From positions 112,378 to 144,377 of the forward strand of contig NZ_DASUNC010000037.1 of the NCBI RefSeq assembly GCF_036277355.1: DNA of 32,000 bases, in the 5' to 3' direction. Position 1 is the first letter of the stretch; every line of letters begins with the position of its first letter. Both the position numbers and the translations under genes were made by a program. The DNA is from Archangium sp. (GTDB taxonomy: Bacteria; Myxococcota; Myxococcia; Myxococcales; Myxococcaceae). Under the pieces are notes generated by a model. The model saw only the letters and a list, made by a program, of their open reading frames with translations. It did not search any database and was not told the origin of the DNA. Positions 1 through 9,019 of the stretch are shown here, piece after piece.

Positions 1-1179
<1,179 letters not shown>

Positions 1180-1402
1180 CGGCGTTCCTGATCTCCCGGT
1201 CTAGGGGTGGGACGGTGTCCAACAGCGGACAGCGCGGGAAGTATCGGGAAACTCCCCGGGGTTCAACTCCTGGTTGAGGGGCGGCCGGCCAGACGTGGGG
1301 GCAGGCCCCCTTCCCAGCGCAATGAGTGGGCTGTCTCCCAGCGGATTCCTACCCTTCCCCAGAGGAGGTCCGGGAGCCCGCATGGAGCCAAGGGGAGGGT
1401 AC

Positions 1403-2476
1403 ATGGAGTCGTCCGCACGCAGGGACTCGCCGTTGATGACCCCGAGGGAAATCTACGAGCGTTTGGACAGGTTCGTCATCGGCCAGGAGGCGGCCAAGCG
1501 GGCCGTGGCCATCGCTGCCCACAATCATCTCAAGCGCATCCAGGCGCGCCGGCTGCGGCGCACCTCGCTGCTCAAGAAGAGCAACATCCTGCTCATCGGG
1601 CCCACCGGGAGCGGCAAGACGCACATCGCCCGCAACCTGGCGGAGATCCTCTCCGTCCCGTTCACCACCGTGGACGCCACCGAGTACACGGAGGCCGGCT
1701 ACTACGGCAAGGACGTGGAGGTGATGGTGGCGGACCTGCTCTTCAAGGCCAACCACTCGGTGGAGGACACGCAGCGGGGCATCATCTTCATCGACGAGGT
1801 GGACAAGATCGCCCGGCGCTCGCAGGGCGCGCGCAACGGGGCCGGCAGCCGCGACATCGGCGGCGAGGGCGTCCAGCAGGCCCTGCTCAAGCTGCTGGAG
1901 GGACGCGAGGTCTTCGTCCCCATGAATGTCACGCAGACGTTCAACCGCGGGGACTTCGTGCCCATCGACACCCGGGACATCCTGTTCATCTGCGCGGGGA
2001 CGTTCTCGGACCTGCACGAGTACGGCGGCAACGTGGACACCCGGCCCATGGGCTTCGGCGCCCAGGACCTCCAGAAGGTGCGCCGGCGCGTCACCACCAG
2101 GCAGCTGGTGGACTTCGGCATGCTCGCCGAGTTCCTCGGCCGCCTGCCCGTGGTGGTGCAGCTGGAGCTGCTCGGCGAGCCGGAGCTGCTGCGCGTGCTC
2201 ACCGAGCCCCCGGACTCCATTGTCCGCGAGTACCGCGAGCTGCTGGGGCTGGACGGCATCGAGCTGGAGCTCACCGACGACGCCCTGCGCGAGGTGGTGC
2301 GCTTCTCCATCGACAAGGGCCTGGGGGCGCGCGGCCTGCGCTCCATCCTCGAGCACGTGATGTCGGACGTGATGTTCGAGGCCCCCGAGCACCGCCGCCG
2401 CCAGGTCACCGTGGACCAGGGCTTCGTCCGCACCCGCCTGGCCGGCCTGGAGGCGAGCGCCGGGCTGGGCGCCTGA
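1403..2476 (+). CDS. ClpX-family AAA+ unfoldase paralog lacking the N-terminal zinc-binding domain
   Basis: Track ORF 1274..2476. Start placed at ATG 1403, preceded by GGGGAGGG (ATG 1382 is also possible). Motifs present: Walker A GPTGSGKT, pore loop AGYYG (ClpX GYVG), Walker B IIFIDEVDK, SRDIGGEGVQQALLKLLEG, an MGFG IGF-like loop, and GARGLRSILE. There is no Cys4 zinc module before the ATPase core. Confidence 0.85.
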   Translation: MESSARRDSPLMTPREIYERLDRFVIGQEAAKRAVAIAAHNHLKRIQARRLRRTSLLKKSNILLIGPTGSGKTHIARNLAEILSVPFTTVDATEYTEAGYYGKDVEVMVADLLFKANHSVEDTQRGIIFIDEVDKIARRSQGARNGAGSRDIGGEGVQQALLKLLEGREVFVPMNVTQTFNRGDFVPIDTRDILFICAGTFSDLHEYGGNVDTRPMGFGAQDLQKVRRRVTTRQLVDFGMLAEFLGRLPVVVQLELLGEPELLRVLTEPPDSIVREYRELLGLDGIELELTDDALREVVRFSIDKGLGARGLRSILEHVMSDVMFEAPEHRRRQVTVDQGFVRTRLAGLEASAGLGA

Positions 2477-2488
2477 GCCCTTGCCTGG

Positions 2489-3244
2489 CTACGGGCCGCG
2501 CTCGGACGCCCGGGCGGCGGCCCCCAGCCGGGCCACGAACTGGGGGTCCTGCAGGAGCTGGAGGACGAGGTTGCTGCGCAGCGCCGCCTGCGTGTCGCCC
2601 TTCTCCAGCGCCTCGCGCAGGTTCTTGTCGGAGAGGGCCCGCTGGAAGCGCGGGTCCTGCTTCAGCGACTTGAAGGCCGGATCGTTCGCCATGCGACGGG
2701 CGCTCTCCGGGTTGCCGGACACCCTGGCCACCGCGACCATGTCCTTCACCGCGGCGAACTGCGTCATCTCGAAGAGGTTGTAGCGGCGCGCCAGGCCGAA
2801 GGACACCGAGTCCCTGGGCGACACGCCCATGCGCTTGCCCGCGACGATGATGTACTGCTCGGCGAAGACGAGCGCGCTGAGCACCACGTAGGTGATGAGC
2901 GCCACCTTCGCCCCGCCGAGCACGAAGCCGAGGGCGCTGTCCACGCCCCGCTTGTCCGGATCCGGCCCGCCGAAGAGCCGCTGCAGGAAGTAGGTGAGGG
3001 CGTAGCGGACCGCCACCAGCACGGTGATGAACACCACCATCGTCCCGGCGACCGTTCCGATGAGCAGCGGCGCGCCACCCAGGGCCGCCGCCATCCTGGG
3101 CCCCACGTACGTGCCCAGCTTGCGCGACACGTACCAGGCCACCGCCAGCGCCACCAGGTTGGCGATCTGCTTCGCCCCTCCGCTGATGGCTCCCGCCACC
3201 GCGAAGAGCAGCACCAGCCCCAGGATGATCAGGTCGATGGTCAC
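2489..3244 (-). CDS. cvpA: CvpA-family (colicin V production-like) integral membrane protein
   Basis: Track ORF 2489..3244, with a GTG start behind GGGGGAG. The N-terminus IDLIILGLVLLFAVAGAISGG and several hydrophobic helices are followed by a soluble C-terminal domain. It is the last gene of the Hsp70/J-protein operon, with an 18-bp gap. Confidence 0.75.
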   Translation of the reverse strand: MTIDLIILGLVLLFAVAGAISGGAKQIANLVALAVAWYVSRKLGTYVGPRMAAALGGAPLLIGTVAGTMVVFITVLVAVRYALTYFLQRLFGGPDPDKRGVDSALGFVLGGAKVALITYVVLSALVFAEQYIIVAGKRMGVSPRDSVSFGLARRYNLFEMTQFAAVKDMVAVARVSGNPESARRMANDPAFKSLKQDPRFQRALSDKNLREALEKGDTQAALRSNLVLQLLQDPQFVARLGAAARASERGP

Positions 3245-3262
3245 GCGCTCCCCCGTTTCGTG

Positions 3263-4822
3263 TCAGCGGATCTTGAAGGCGTCGCCCTGCTTGCGTGACT
3301 CTTCCAGTAGCACCTTCTGCACCTCGGCGAGCTTCTCCTTGTAGCGGGTGTTGGCTGGCTCATAGGTGAGCGCCATCTTCAGGTTGCGCTCGGCCGAGGC
3401 CCAGCGGCCCGCGTCCGCGTCCGCCGCGCCCGTCTGGTAGAACTGCCGCCCCTTGGGGTGCACGCCGATCTGCTCCTCCACCTGGCGCTTGGAGGCGGCA
3501 CGCGTCTCGGCCTCGGAGGACTCGGTGAAGCGCAGCTTCTGGGCCCGCTCCGGCCCCGAGATGTTCGCCGTGTACTGCCGGCGCTTCGCGTCGTCCCGGA
3601 GCACGTAGTAGGCCTCGGTGACGCGCTTGTAGAGGTCGTGCACCCGGTCCTTCAGCTCCTTGTTGTCCAGGTGGAAGAAGCGGTCCGGGTGGTAGGTGCG
3701 GCTCTCGCGGTAGAAGGCCTTCTTGATGTCCGCCGGGGCGGCCGCGCGGTCCACCATGAGGACCTCGAAGTAGTCCATCTGATCCAACCGGGCGCAGCGA
3801 TCCCAGAGCTCGGTCATCTGGCTCGGGTCGATGTCCAGGGTCTTCCCGGCCGCGGCGGGCGGCGGGGGAGGGGGCTGGATGGCGGCGGCGGGCGGCGCGG
3901 GCGGGATGGCCGGAGCCACCGGGGGCACGAGCGGCGCGATGGCCGGCGCCACGGGCGGAGGAGGCGGCTGGAGCGCGGCGGGAGGCGGCGGTGGTGGACG
4001 CACCGGGCCGGCTCCGGACGGAGGCCGCGCGGCGGGTGTGGTCCCCGCGGGCGCCACGGCCGGCAGCGAGGTGGTGGGCCGCACGGCGGGACGTGGCCCC
4101 GAGCCCGGCGTGGTGCTCACGGGAGGCGGTGGAGGCACGGCCCCGGGCGCCAGCGTGGGCGGCTGCGCGCGGGACTGCGAGGCCGCGGCGGGCGGAGGCG
4201 GGGGCGCGCTGGCCGCCGCCGGGGGCGCGGGGGGCGTACCAGGAGGAGGCGGTGGCCGAACGGACGCCACGCTCGGAATTCCAGTGGCGGAGGGGCGCGT
4301 CGCCGAGGGCGTCCCCGGAGGACGCGGCGGCGTGGCGGGAGGCACACCCGGGGCAGCGGGCGCACCCGGAGGCACGGCCGGACGGGCTCCGGAGGTGGCG
4401 GCGGGAGCGCCCGGGGACGAAGGTGGCCGTGCCGCTGCAGGCGCCGTGGGTGCGCCGGGGGCCGAGGCGGGACGGGCCGCCGCGGGCGTGCCGGGCGTCG
4501 CGGGTACACCGGGGGTGGCCGGGCGGACGCCAGAGGCCGCGGCGGGTGCACCGGCGGTGGCCGGGCGGACGCCGGAGGCCGCGGCGGGTGCACCGGGAGC
4601 GGTCGGACGCGCGGCAGCGGGAGGTTGGGCGGGCGCTCCGGCTACCGGAGGCCGGGCGGGAGCCGCGGCGGGTGTGGCACCCGGGGGCGGCGGAGGGCGA
4701 GCGGGGGACACGGCGGGCGCGGTGGCTGCCGACGGACCCGTCCTCGAGCCCGGCGCCGCGGGCTGGGTCTCTGCCGGAGGGGCGGGGGGCTTCCCGGCGC
4801 CGTTCTGGGGAGGCTGGGACAT
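3263..4822 (-). CDS. J-domain (DnaJ-like) protein with a roughly 330-aa Pro/Ala-rich N-terminal region and a TPR-like C-terminus
   Basis: Track ORF 3263..4822. J domain: DYFEVLMVDRAAAPADIKKAFYRESRTYHPDRF...YKRVTEAYYVLRDDAKRRQY (HPD present). The N-terminal two thirds are P/A/G low complexity. The ATG at 4822 lies 9 nt after the Hsp70 stop, with GAGGGAGA upstream. Confidence 0.85.
   Translation of the reverse strand: MSQPPQNGAGKPPAPPAETQPAAPGSRTGPSAATAPAVSPARPPPPPGATPAAAPARPPVAGAPAQPPAAARPTAPGAPAAASGVRPATAGAPAAASGVRPATPGVPATPGTPAAARPASAPGAPTAPAAARPPSSPGAPAATSGARPAVPPGAPAAPGVPPATPPRPPGTPSATRPSATGIPSVASVRPPPPPGTPPAPPAAASAPPPPPAAASQSRAQPPTLAPGAVPPPPPVSTTPGSGPRPAVRPTTSLPAVAPAGTTPAARPPSGAGPVRPPPPPPAALQPPPPPVAPAIAPLVPPVAPAIPPAPPAAAIQPPPPPPAAAGKTLDIDPSQMTELWDRCARLDQMDYFEVLMVDRAAAPADIKKAFYRESRTYHPDRFFHLDNKELKDRVHDLYKRVTEAYYVLRDDAKRRQYTANISGPERAQKLRFTESSEAETRAASKRQVEEQIGVHPKGRQFYQTGAADADAGRWASAERNLKMALTYEPANTRYKEKLAEVQKVLLEESRKQGDAFKIR
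4515..4598. repeat. Two tandem copies of a 42-bp unit inside the J-protein Pro/Ala-rich region
   Basis: GTGGCCGGGCGGACGCCAGAGGCCGCGGCGGGTGCACCGGCG (4515-4556) is repeated at 4557-4598 with a few substitutions. It encodes the duplicated 14-aa unit GAPAAASGVRPATx on the minus strand. Confidence 0.7.
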
Positions 4823-4831
4823 CGCGCTCGT

Positions 4832-6448
4832 CTATCTCCCTCGACTGGTGGCCACGGCGGGCAGATCCGCCCCATGCCCCGCGAGTTGAATCTGCTTGTT
4901 GGCCTGGATGGAAGCCTGGATGTCCGCCTCGGACATGCCCGAGGACATGGTCAGCGTGGTGGACGTCTTCTGCCCCGTCTCCTGGTCCGTCGCCGACACG
5001 TTCACCAGGCCGTCGGTGTTGATCTCGAACGTCACGTCGATCTTCACCTCGCCCCGGTAGCCGATGCGGAAGCCCGAGAACTCGAACTCACCCAGCATCT
5101 CGCACTCGTCGGCGCGGTTGGACTCGCCCTGGTAGACGCGGATCTTCACCTTCTCCTGGCCATCGCGGCTGGTGGTGAACGTCTTCGAGCGGTCGATGGG
5201 CACCGGCGTGTTCTTGTCGATGACCTTCTCCGTGTAGCCGCCCACCGTGCCAATCCGCAGCGACAGCGGCGTCACGTCCACCAGGAAGGTCTCGGTGGCC
5301 GCGTCCAGCAGCGCGTTGGCCTGCAGCGCCGCGCCCATGGCCACCACCTGGTCCGGATTGATGCCCTCCTTGGGCTCCTTCTGGAAGTAGTGGCGCACCG
5401 AGTTGCGGATGATGGGCAGGCGCGTGGGGCCTCCCACCAGGATGACCGCGTCGATGTCCGCCGCCGTCATGCGCGCGGACTGCAGCGCCTCGTCGCACAC
5501 CTTGAAGGTGCGCTGCACCAGGTCCATCACCATCCGGTTGAACTGGTCCTGCGTGAGCCGGCCCGTCAGGTCCAACACGTTGCCGTTGGCGTCCTGGCAG
5601 ATGCCCTGGCAGTTCACCTCGGCCAGGCCCGTGCTGCCCACGTCGATCTTCGCCCGCTCGGCCGCGTCCTTGAGCATCTGCAGGCAGAACTTGTTCTGCC
5701 TCAGGTCCAGCCGCGTGCGCTTGAGGAAGTCGTCCGCCAGCCACGTCATGATGCGGTCGTCGAAGTCGTCGCCGCCCAGGTAGGTGTCACCGGCGGTGGA
5801 CAGCACCTCGAAGACGTCCTTGCCGATCTCCAGGATGGAGACGTCGAAGGTGCCGCCGCCCAGGTCGTACACCACCACGCGCTGGCTCACCTCGCGGCCA
5901 AAGCCGTAGGCGAGCGCCGCCGCGGTGGGCTCGTTGAGGATGCGCAGCACCTCCAGCCCGGCGATGCGGCCCGCGTCCTTGGTGGCCTGGCGCTGGTTGT
6001 CGTTGAAGTAGGCCGGCACGGTGATGGCCGCCTTCGTCACCTCTCGGCCCAGGTACTGCTCCGCGATGGCCTTCATCTCCTTGAGCACCAGCGCGGAGAT
6101 CTCCGGCAGCGAGTAGTCGTGCCCCCGCACCGCGATGCGCACCGAGTTGTTCTCGCCCTCGACGATCTGGTACGGCATCACCGCCTGGGCCTTCTTCACC
6201 TCGTCGGAGAAGAAGTAGCGCCCGATGAGGCGCTTGGCCGAGTACACCGTGCATTCGGGGTTGGTGATGATGTTGCGCTTGGCCGCGTTGCCCACCAGCA
6301 CCGAGCCGTCCTCGAGAAAGGACACGCACGAGGCGTGGGTCGTCTCACCCCACTCGTTGGGGATGACGAACGGCTGACCGTCCTGCACCACGGAGACACA
6401 CGAGGTGGAGGTGCCCAGGTCGATGCCGATCGCGATGTCGTCCGACAT
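4832..6448 (-). CDS. Hsp70-family chaperone, short form (538 aa, truncated C-terminal lid)
   Basis: Track ORF 4832..6448. Motifs: [91 protein letters not shown] precedes ATG 6448. Confidence 0.92.
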   Translation of the reverse strand: MSDDIAIGIDLGTSTSCVSVVQDGQPFVIPNEWGETTHASCVSFLEDGSVLVGNAAKRNIITNPECTVYSAKRLIGRYFFSDEVKKAQAVMPYQIVEGENNSVRIAVRGHDYSLPEISALVLKEMKAIAEQYLGREVTKAAITVPAYFNDNQRQATKDAGRIAGLEVLRILNEPTAAALAYGFGREVSQRVVVYDLGGGTFDVSILEIGKDVFEVLSTAGDTYLGGDDFDDRIMTWLADDFLKRTRLDLRQNKFCLQMLKDAAERAKIDVGSTGLAEVNCQGICQDANGNVLDLTGRLTQDQFNRMVMDLVQRTFKVCDEALQSARMTAADIDAVILVGGPTRLPIIRNSVRHYFQKEPKEGINPDQVVAMGAALQANALLDAATETFLVDVTPLSLRIGTVGGYTEKVIDKNTPVPIDRSKTFTTSRDGQEKVKIRVYQGESNRADECEMLGEFEFSGFRIGYRGEVKIDVTFEINTDGLVNVSATDQETGQKTSTTLTMSSGMSEADIQASIQANKQIQLAGHGADLPAVATSRGR

Positions 6449-6508
6449 TCCGTCTCCGGTGTAGCCATGGAGGGGCGTTGAATCCCCAACCCTCTGGAAA
6501 GCGCCGGG

Positions 6509-6538
6509 ATGTTAGTCACCTCGCACTTGGGCTGTCAA
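6509..6538 (-). promoter_or_regulatory. Candidate sigma-70-type promoter of the Hsp70 / J-protein / cvpA operon
   Basis: The minus strand reads TTGACA (6538-6533), an 18-nt spacer, then TAACAT (6514-6509), about 60 nt upstream of the Hsp70 ATG. This is a pattern match only. Confidence 0.35.
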
Positions 6539-6607
6539 ACGTTCCGTGTGGGTAAACCTCAGTCCTTTCAAGGGGTTGGCTGGGGTATCGGCGGGGGGCA
6601 ACCCGGG

Positions 6608-6636
6608 TTGAGGGGCCTGGAGGGCGTCATTATCTA
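6608..6636 (+). promoter_or_regulatory. Candidate promoter for the amidotransferase-like gene
   Basis: TTGAGG (6608-6613), a 17-nt spacer, then TATCTA (6631-6636), in a locally AT-richer patch (TTATCTATAGA) about 25 nt upstream of ATG 6662. The -10 match is weak. Confidence 0.25.
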
Positions 6637-6661
6637 TAGAGGCACCAAGGGGGTTTTCCGC

Positions 6662-7501
6662 ATGTCCGTCGCGCTGGCTGTCCTGACGTCCGACCCGAAC
6701 CTGGTGCGGTGCGAGCTGCATCGGCTGGAGGGGCAGGTGGCGCTCCAGGGGGAGGAGGGGCGGTCCAACGCCGTGGGCATCGGCGCCTACGCGCAGGATG
6801 ACGTCCTGCTGCGCCGCTTCCCCCGGGACGCGGACCTGACCCTGGAATCGCTCGCTTCGCGGCACGAGACGGAGGCGCTCCTGTTCCACGGGCGGCGGTT
6901 GCCGGTGGGGCTGTCGCTGGAGGAGAACACCCAGCCGTTCCGCTCGCGGCGCTGGCTGTTCGCGCACCAGGGGCAGGTGGAGGACTTCGCCCGCCTCCGG
7001 GCCGGGCTGCTGGACGAGGTGCCGGACTTCCTCAAGCGCCAGGTGCGCGGGGAGACGGACAGCGAGGTGGCCTTCGCGCTCTTCCTCAAGCGGCTGTGGG
7101 AGACGGGGCACGGGGATGACCCGAGGCTCCCGGCGGAGGTGGCCGGCCGGCTGCTGGCGGACACGGCGAGGAGCCTGTCGCAGGCCTCGGCCCGGGCGGG
7201 CGCCGCGCGCACCTCCACGGTGAACCTCTTCGCCACCAATGGGTACGTCCTGGTGGCCACGCGCCTGGGTGGCCAGCCGGTGTACTACTCGCGCCTGGAG
7301 GGCACGGACCGCTGCGAGGTGTGCGGCCTCACGCCCGACATGCCGGACACCCTGCAGGCCATGGGGGCGCACCGGCGCCGGCGCTCGGTGGTGGTGGCCA
7401 CGCACCTCAAGCGCCCGGCGGGCTGGGTGGAGCTGGCCGAGGGCACCACGCTGACGGTGGAGGCGGACCTGCGGGTGCGCCACCTTCCGTCCGCCTCCTG
7501 A
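6662..7501 (+). CDS. Class II (Ntn-type) glutamine amidotransferase-like protein with Ser in place of the N-terminal Cys
   Basis: Track ORF 6509..7501, trimmed to ATG 6662 (AAGGGGG upstream). Blocks typical of the YafJ/GATase-II family: NTQPFRSRRWLFAHQGQVEDF and GETDSEVAFALFL. The N-terminus is MSVALAVL rather than MC.... Confidence 0.65.
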   Translation: MSVALAVLTSDPNLVRCELHRLEGQVALQGEEGRSNAVGIGAYAQDDVLLRRFPRDADLTLESLASRHETEALLFHGRRLPVGLSLEENTQPFRSRRWLFAHQGQVEDFARLRAGLLDEVPDFLKRQVRGETDSEVAFALFLKRLWETGHGDDPRLPAEVAGRLLADTARSLSQASARAGAARTSTVNLFATNGYVLVATRLGGQPVYYSRLEGTDRCEVCGLTPDMPDTLQAMGAHRRRRSVVVATHLKRPAGWVELAEGTTLTVEADLRVRHLPSAS

Positions 7502-7509
7502 CGCCCGGG

Positions 7510-8232
7510 TCAGAAGCCGAAGAAGGACACCTCGAGGAAGCGCACGAAGAGGTTGGCGGCGGCGTGGAAGAGGGCGGCGCCCACCACGCTGCCGGTGCGC
7601 TCGCGCATCCAGCCGAAGAGCAGGGCGGGGAAGAAGACGGACAGGCGCCACACCTGGAAGATGGCCAGGTGGCCCAGCGCGAAGAGCAGCGCCGTCAGCC
7701 AGAAGGCGGGGCCCAGCCGCACGCCGAGCAAGCGCCGCCCGTGCGGCCAGGCGTCGCGCAGGCGGGCCTGCATGTAGCCCCGGTAGAAGAACTCCTCGGG
7801 CAGGGCCACCACGAAGAGCTGATCCACCACCCACTCGGCGAAGCGGGGCGGCAGCCGCGGGGTGAAGTGCGCCGAGCCCCGGAAGGGCGCCAGCAGGCGC
7901 GCCAGCTCCGCGGGCAGGTGTTGCAGCACCTCCGTCCACAGGACGAAGGCCCCGAAGAAGAGGGGGAACACCACCGCGCTCATGACGAGGAAGAGGCGCA
8001 CGTCCTGGCGCCAGGTGCGCAGGGAGAGGCCGTAGTCGCGGTAGTCCTCGCCGCGCCAGCGCATGGGGATGAGCGGCAGGTAGAGGAAGCCCACCGTGGC
8101 CACCAGCTTGGGCACGCCGGAGCCTCCGAAGAGGAGGAAGGAGACGATGATGCCCAGGAAGCCGAGGCCCCACAGGCCCAGCACCTCCTGCACGGCGGTG
8201 GGGCGCCAGGGCGTGGCCGCGGAGACGCTCAC
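7510..8232 (-). CDS. CPBP-family (CAAX/Abi) intramembrane glutamic protease
   Basis: Track ORF 7510..8232, with multiple TM helices. The three CPBP motifs are present: PEEFFYRGY (EExxxR), LFALGHL (FxxxH), and LFHAAANLF (HxxxN). Its GTG start overlaps the upstream stop (GTGA). Confidence 0.85.
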   Translation of the reverse strand: MSVSAATPWRPTAVQEVLGLWGLGFLGIIVSFLLFGGSGVPKLVATVGFLYLPLIPMRWRGEDYRDYGLSLRTWRQDVRLFLVMSAVVFPLFFGAFVLWTEVLQHLPAELARLLAPFRGSAHFTPRLPPRFAEWVVDQLFVVALPEEFFYRGYMQARLRDAWPHGRRLLGVRLGPAFWLTALLFALGHLAIFQVWRLSVFFPALLFGWMRERTGSVVGAALFHAAANLFVRFLEVSFFGF

Positions 8233-8831
8233 GGGCGGGCCACCTTCGTGGCGAGCTGCTGCCGGACGACGTCCAGCGACAGGGCCCGGCAGCCGCGTCC
8301 CTTGCGCTGGACGGACACGGCGACGAGCCGGCCCGTCTCGTCATAGAGGGGACTGCCGGGGGGCAGCGCCAGGTCCACGTCGACGAAGGGCGCGGGCGCC
8401 TTGCGCGCGAGGGCCGAGGCCGGCGTGTCCTTGCGCTTGCCCCTGCCGGGGATGATGCCGATGAGCCACTTGCCGGTGAGGTCTCCGGTGTTGGGCTTCA
8501 CGGCCGCGGCGGGGTAGGTGCCGGCGGGGGCGGCGACGACGGCCACCTTCAGGTACGCGTTGGCGAGCACCACCGTGGCCGGCAGCGTCCGCCCCCCGTA
8601 CTCCACCTGCGCGGCATCCAGGTTGACGTGGCGCACGGAGGTGAGCACCTGGCCCTCGGTGCCCACGATGATGCCGAGGCCGGCGGCCCGGGAGCCTCGC
8701 ACCCGGACGACGGATTGTTCGTACTGGGCGAGCGCCCGCTGGAGATCGGCGCGCGAGGGGCGCTCCGGCTCCGAGGCGGAGACCCGGGTGGCGAGCAGGA
8801 CGAGGACGAGCGGGAGCAGTCGGCGCGGCAA
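8229..8831 (-). CDS. Secreted trypsin-like (S1C/HtrA-like) domain protein, possibly catalytically degenerate
   Basis: Track ORF 8229..8831, with a TTG start. Signal peptide MPRRLLPLVLVLLATRVSA. The HtrA-like layout is SVVRVRG..GLGIIVG.EGQVLTSVRHV ... LPPGSPLYDETGRLVAVSV. His and a GS element are visible, but the usual D-L-A Asp block reads AYLKVAVV. Confidence 0.6.
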   Translation of the reverse strand: MPRRLLPLVLVLLATRVSASEPERPSRADLQRALAQYEQSVVRVRGSRAAGLGIIVGTEGQVLTSVRHVNLDAAQVEYGGRTLPATVVLANAYLKVAVVAAPAGTYPAAAVKPNTGDLTGKWLIGIIPGRGKRKDTPASALARKAPAPFVDVDLALPPGSPLYDETGRLVAVSVQRKGRGCRALSLDVVRQQLATKVARP

Positions 8832-8941
8832 GGCGCCGCGAGCCTAGAGCATCCAGGGGGGGCCAGGCGAGGTGACCACCACAAGTTGGGAGGGTGCGCG
8901 CCCTTCTGCCGGTGGGGCACGAAACCGCTCTGGCGGGCTTG

Positions 8942-8961
8942 AGTGGTAGACGTCTACCACT
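8942..8961. promoter_or_regulatory. Perfect 20-bp palindrome AGTGGTAGACGTCTACCACT (operator candidate 1)
   Basis: Read directly from the sequence and self-complementary over all 20 nt. It has a GntR/HutC-like TGGT...ACCA half-site architecture. It lies in the divergent intergenic region upstream of the toxin gene. Confidence 0.6.
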
Positions 8962-8995
8962 GGTGTGTGTTAATGTGGGTAAGCTGTGGTGTGAC

Positions 8996-9011
8996 TGGTA
9001 GACGTCTACCA
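8996..9011. promoter_or_regulatory. Second copy of the palindrome core TGGTAGACGTCTACCA (operator candidate 2)
   Basis: A perfect 16-bp palindrome identical to the core of the first copy. The two centres are 52 bp apart, about five helical turns. It ends 8 nt before ATG 9020 and 75 nt before ATG 9086. Confidence 0.6.
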
Positions 9012-9019
9012 CTGCAACG

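Noticed and set aside
3840-4800. Highly repetitive GC-rich tract considered as a possible CRISPR or tandem-repeat array
   Set aside because: There is no repeat-spacer periodicity. The repetition is the Pro/Ala-rich coding region of the J-protein, and only one clean 42-bp duplication (4515-4598) is present.
3458-6481. 1007-aa plus-strand ORF, the longest in the track
   Set aside because: It lies antisense to the clearly homologous Hsp70 and J-protein genes. Its translation is Arg/Gly/His-rich low complexity (RGRGGRRRG...) with no recognisable domain. This is the typical high-GC antisense open frame.
6512-8344. 610-aa minus-strand ORF spanning the amidotransferase and CPBP region
   Set aside because: It overlaps two genes with real family motifs, on the other strand or in another frame. 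Its product is Pro/Arg/Ala-rich with no domain signature.
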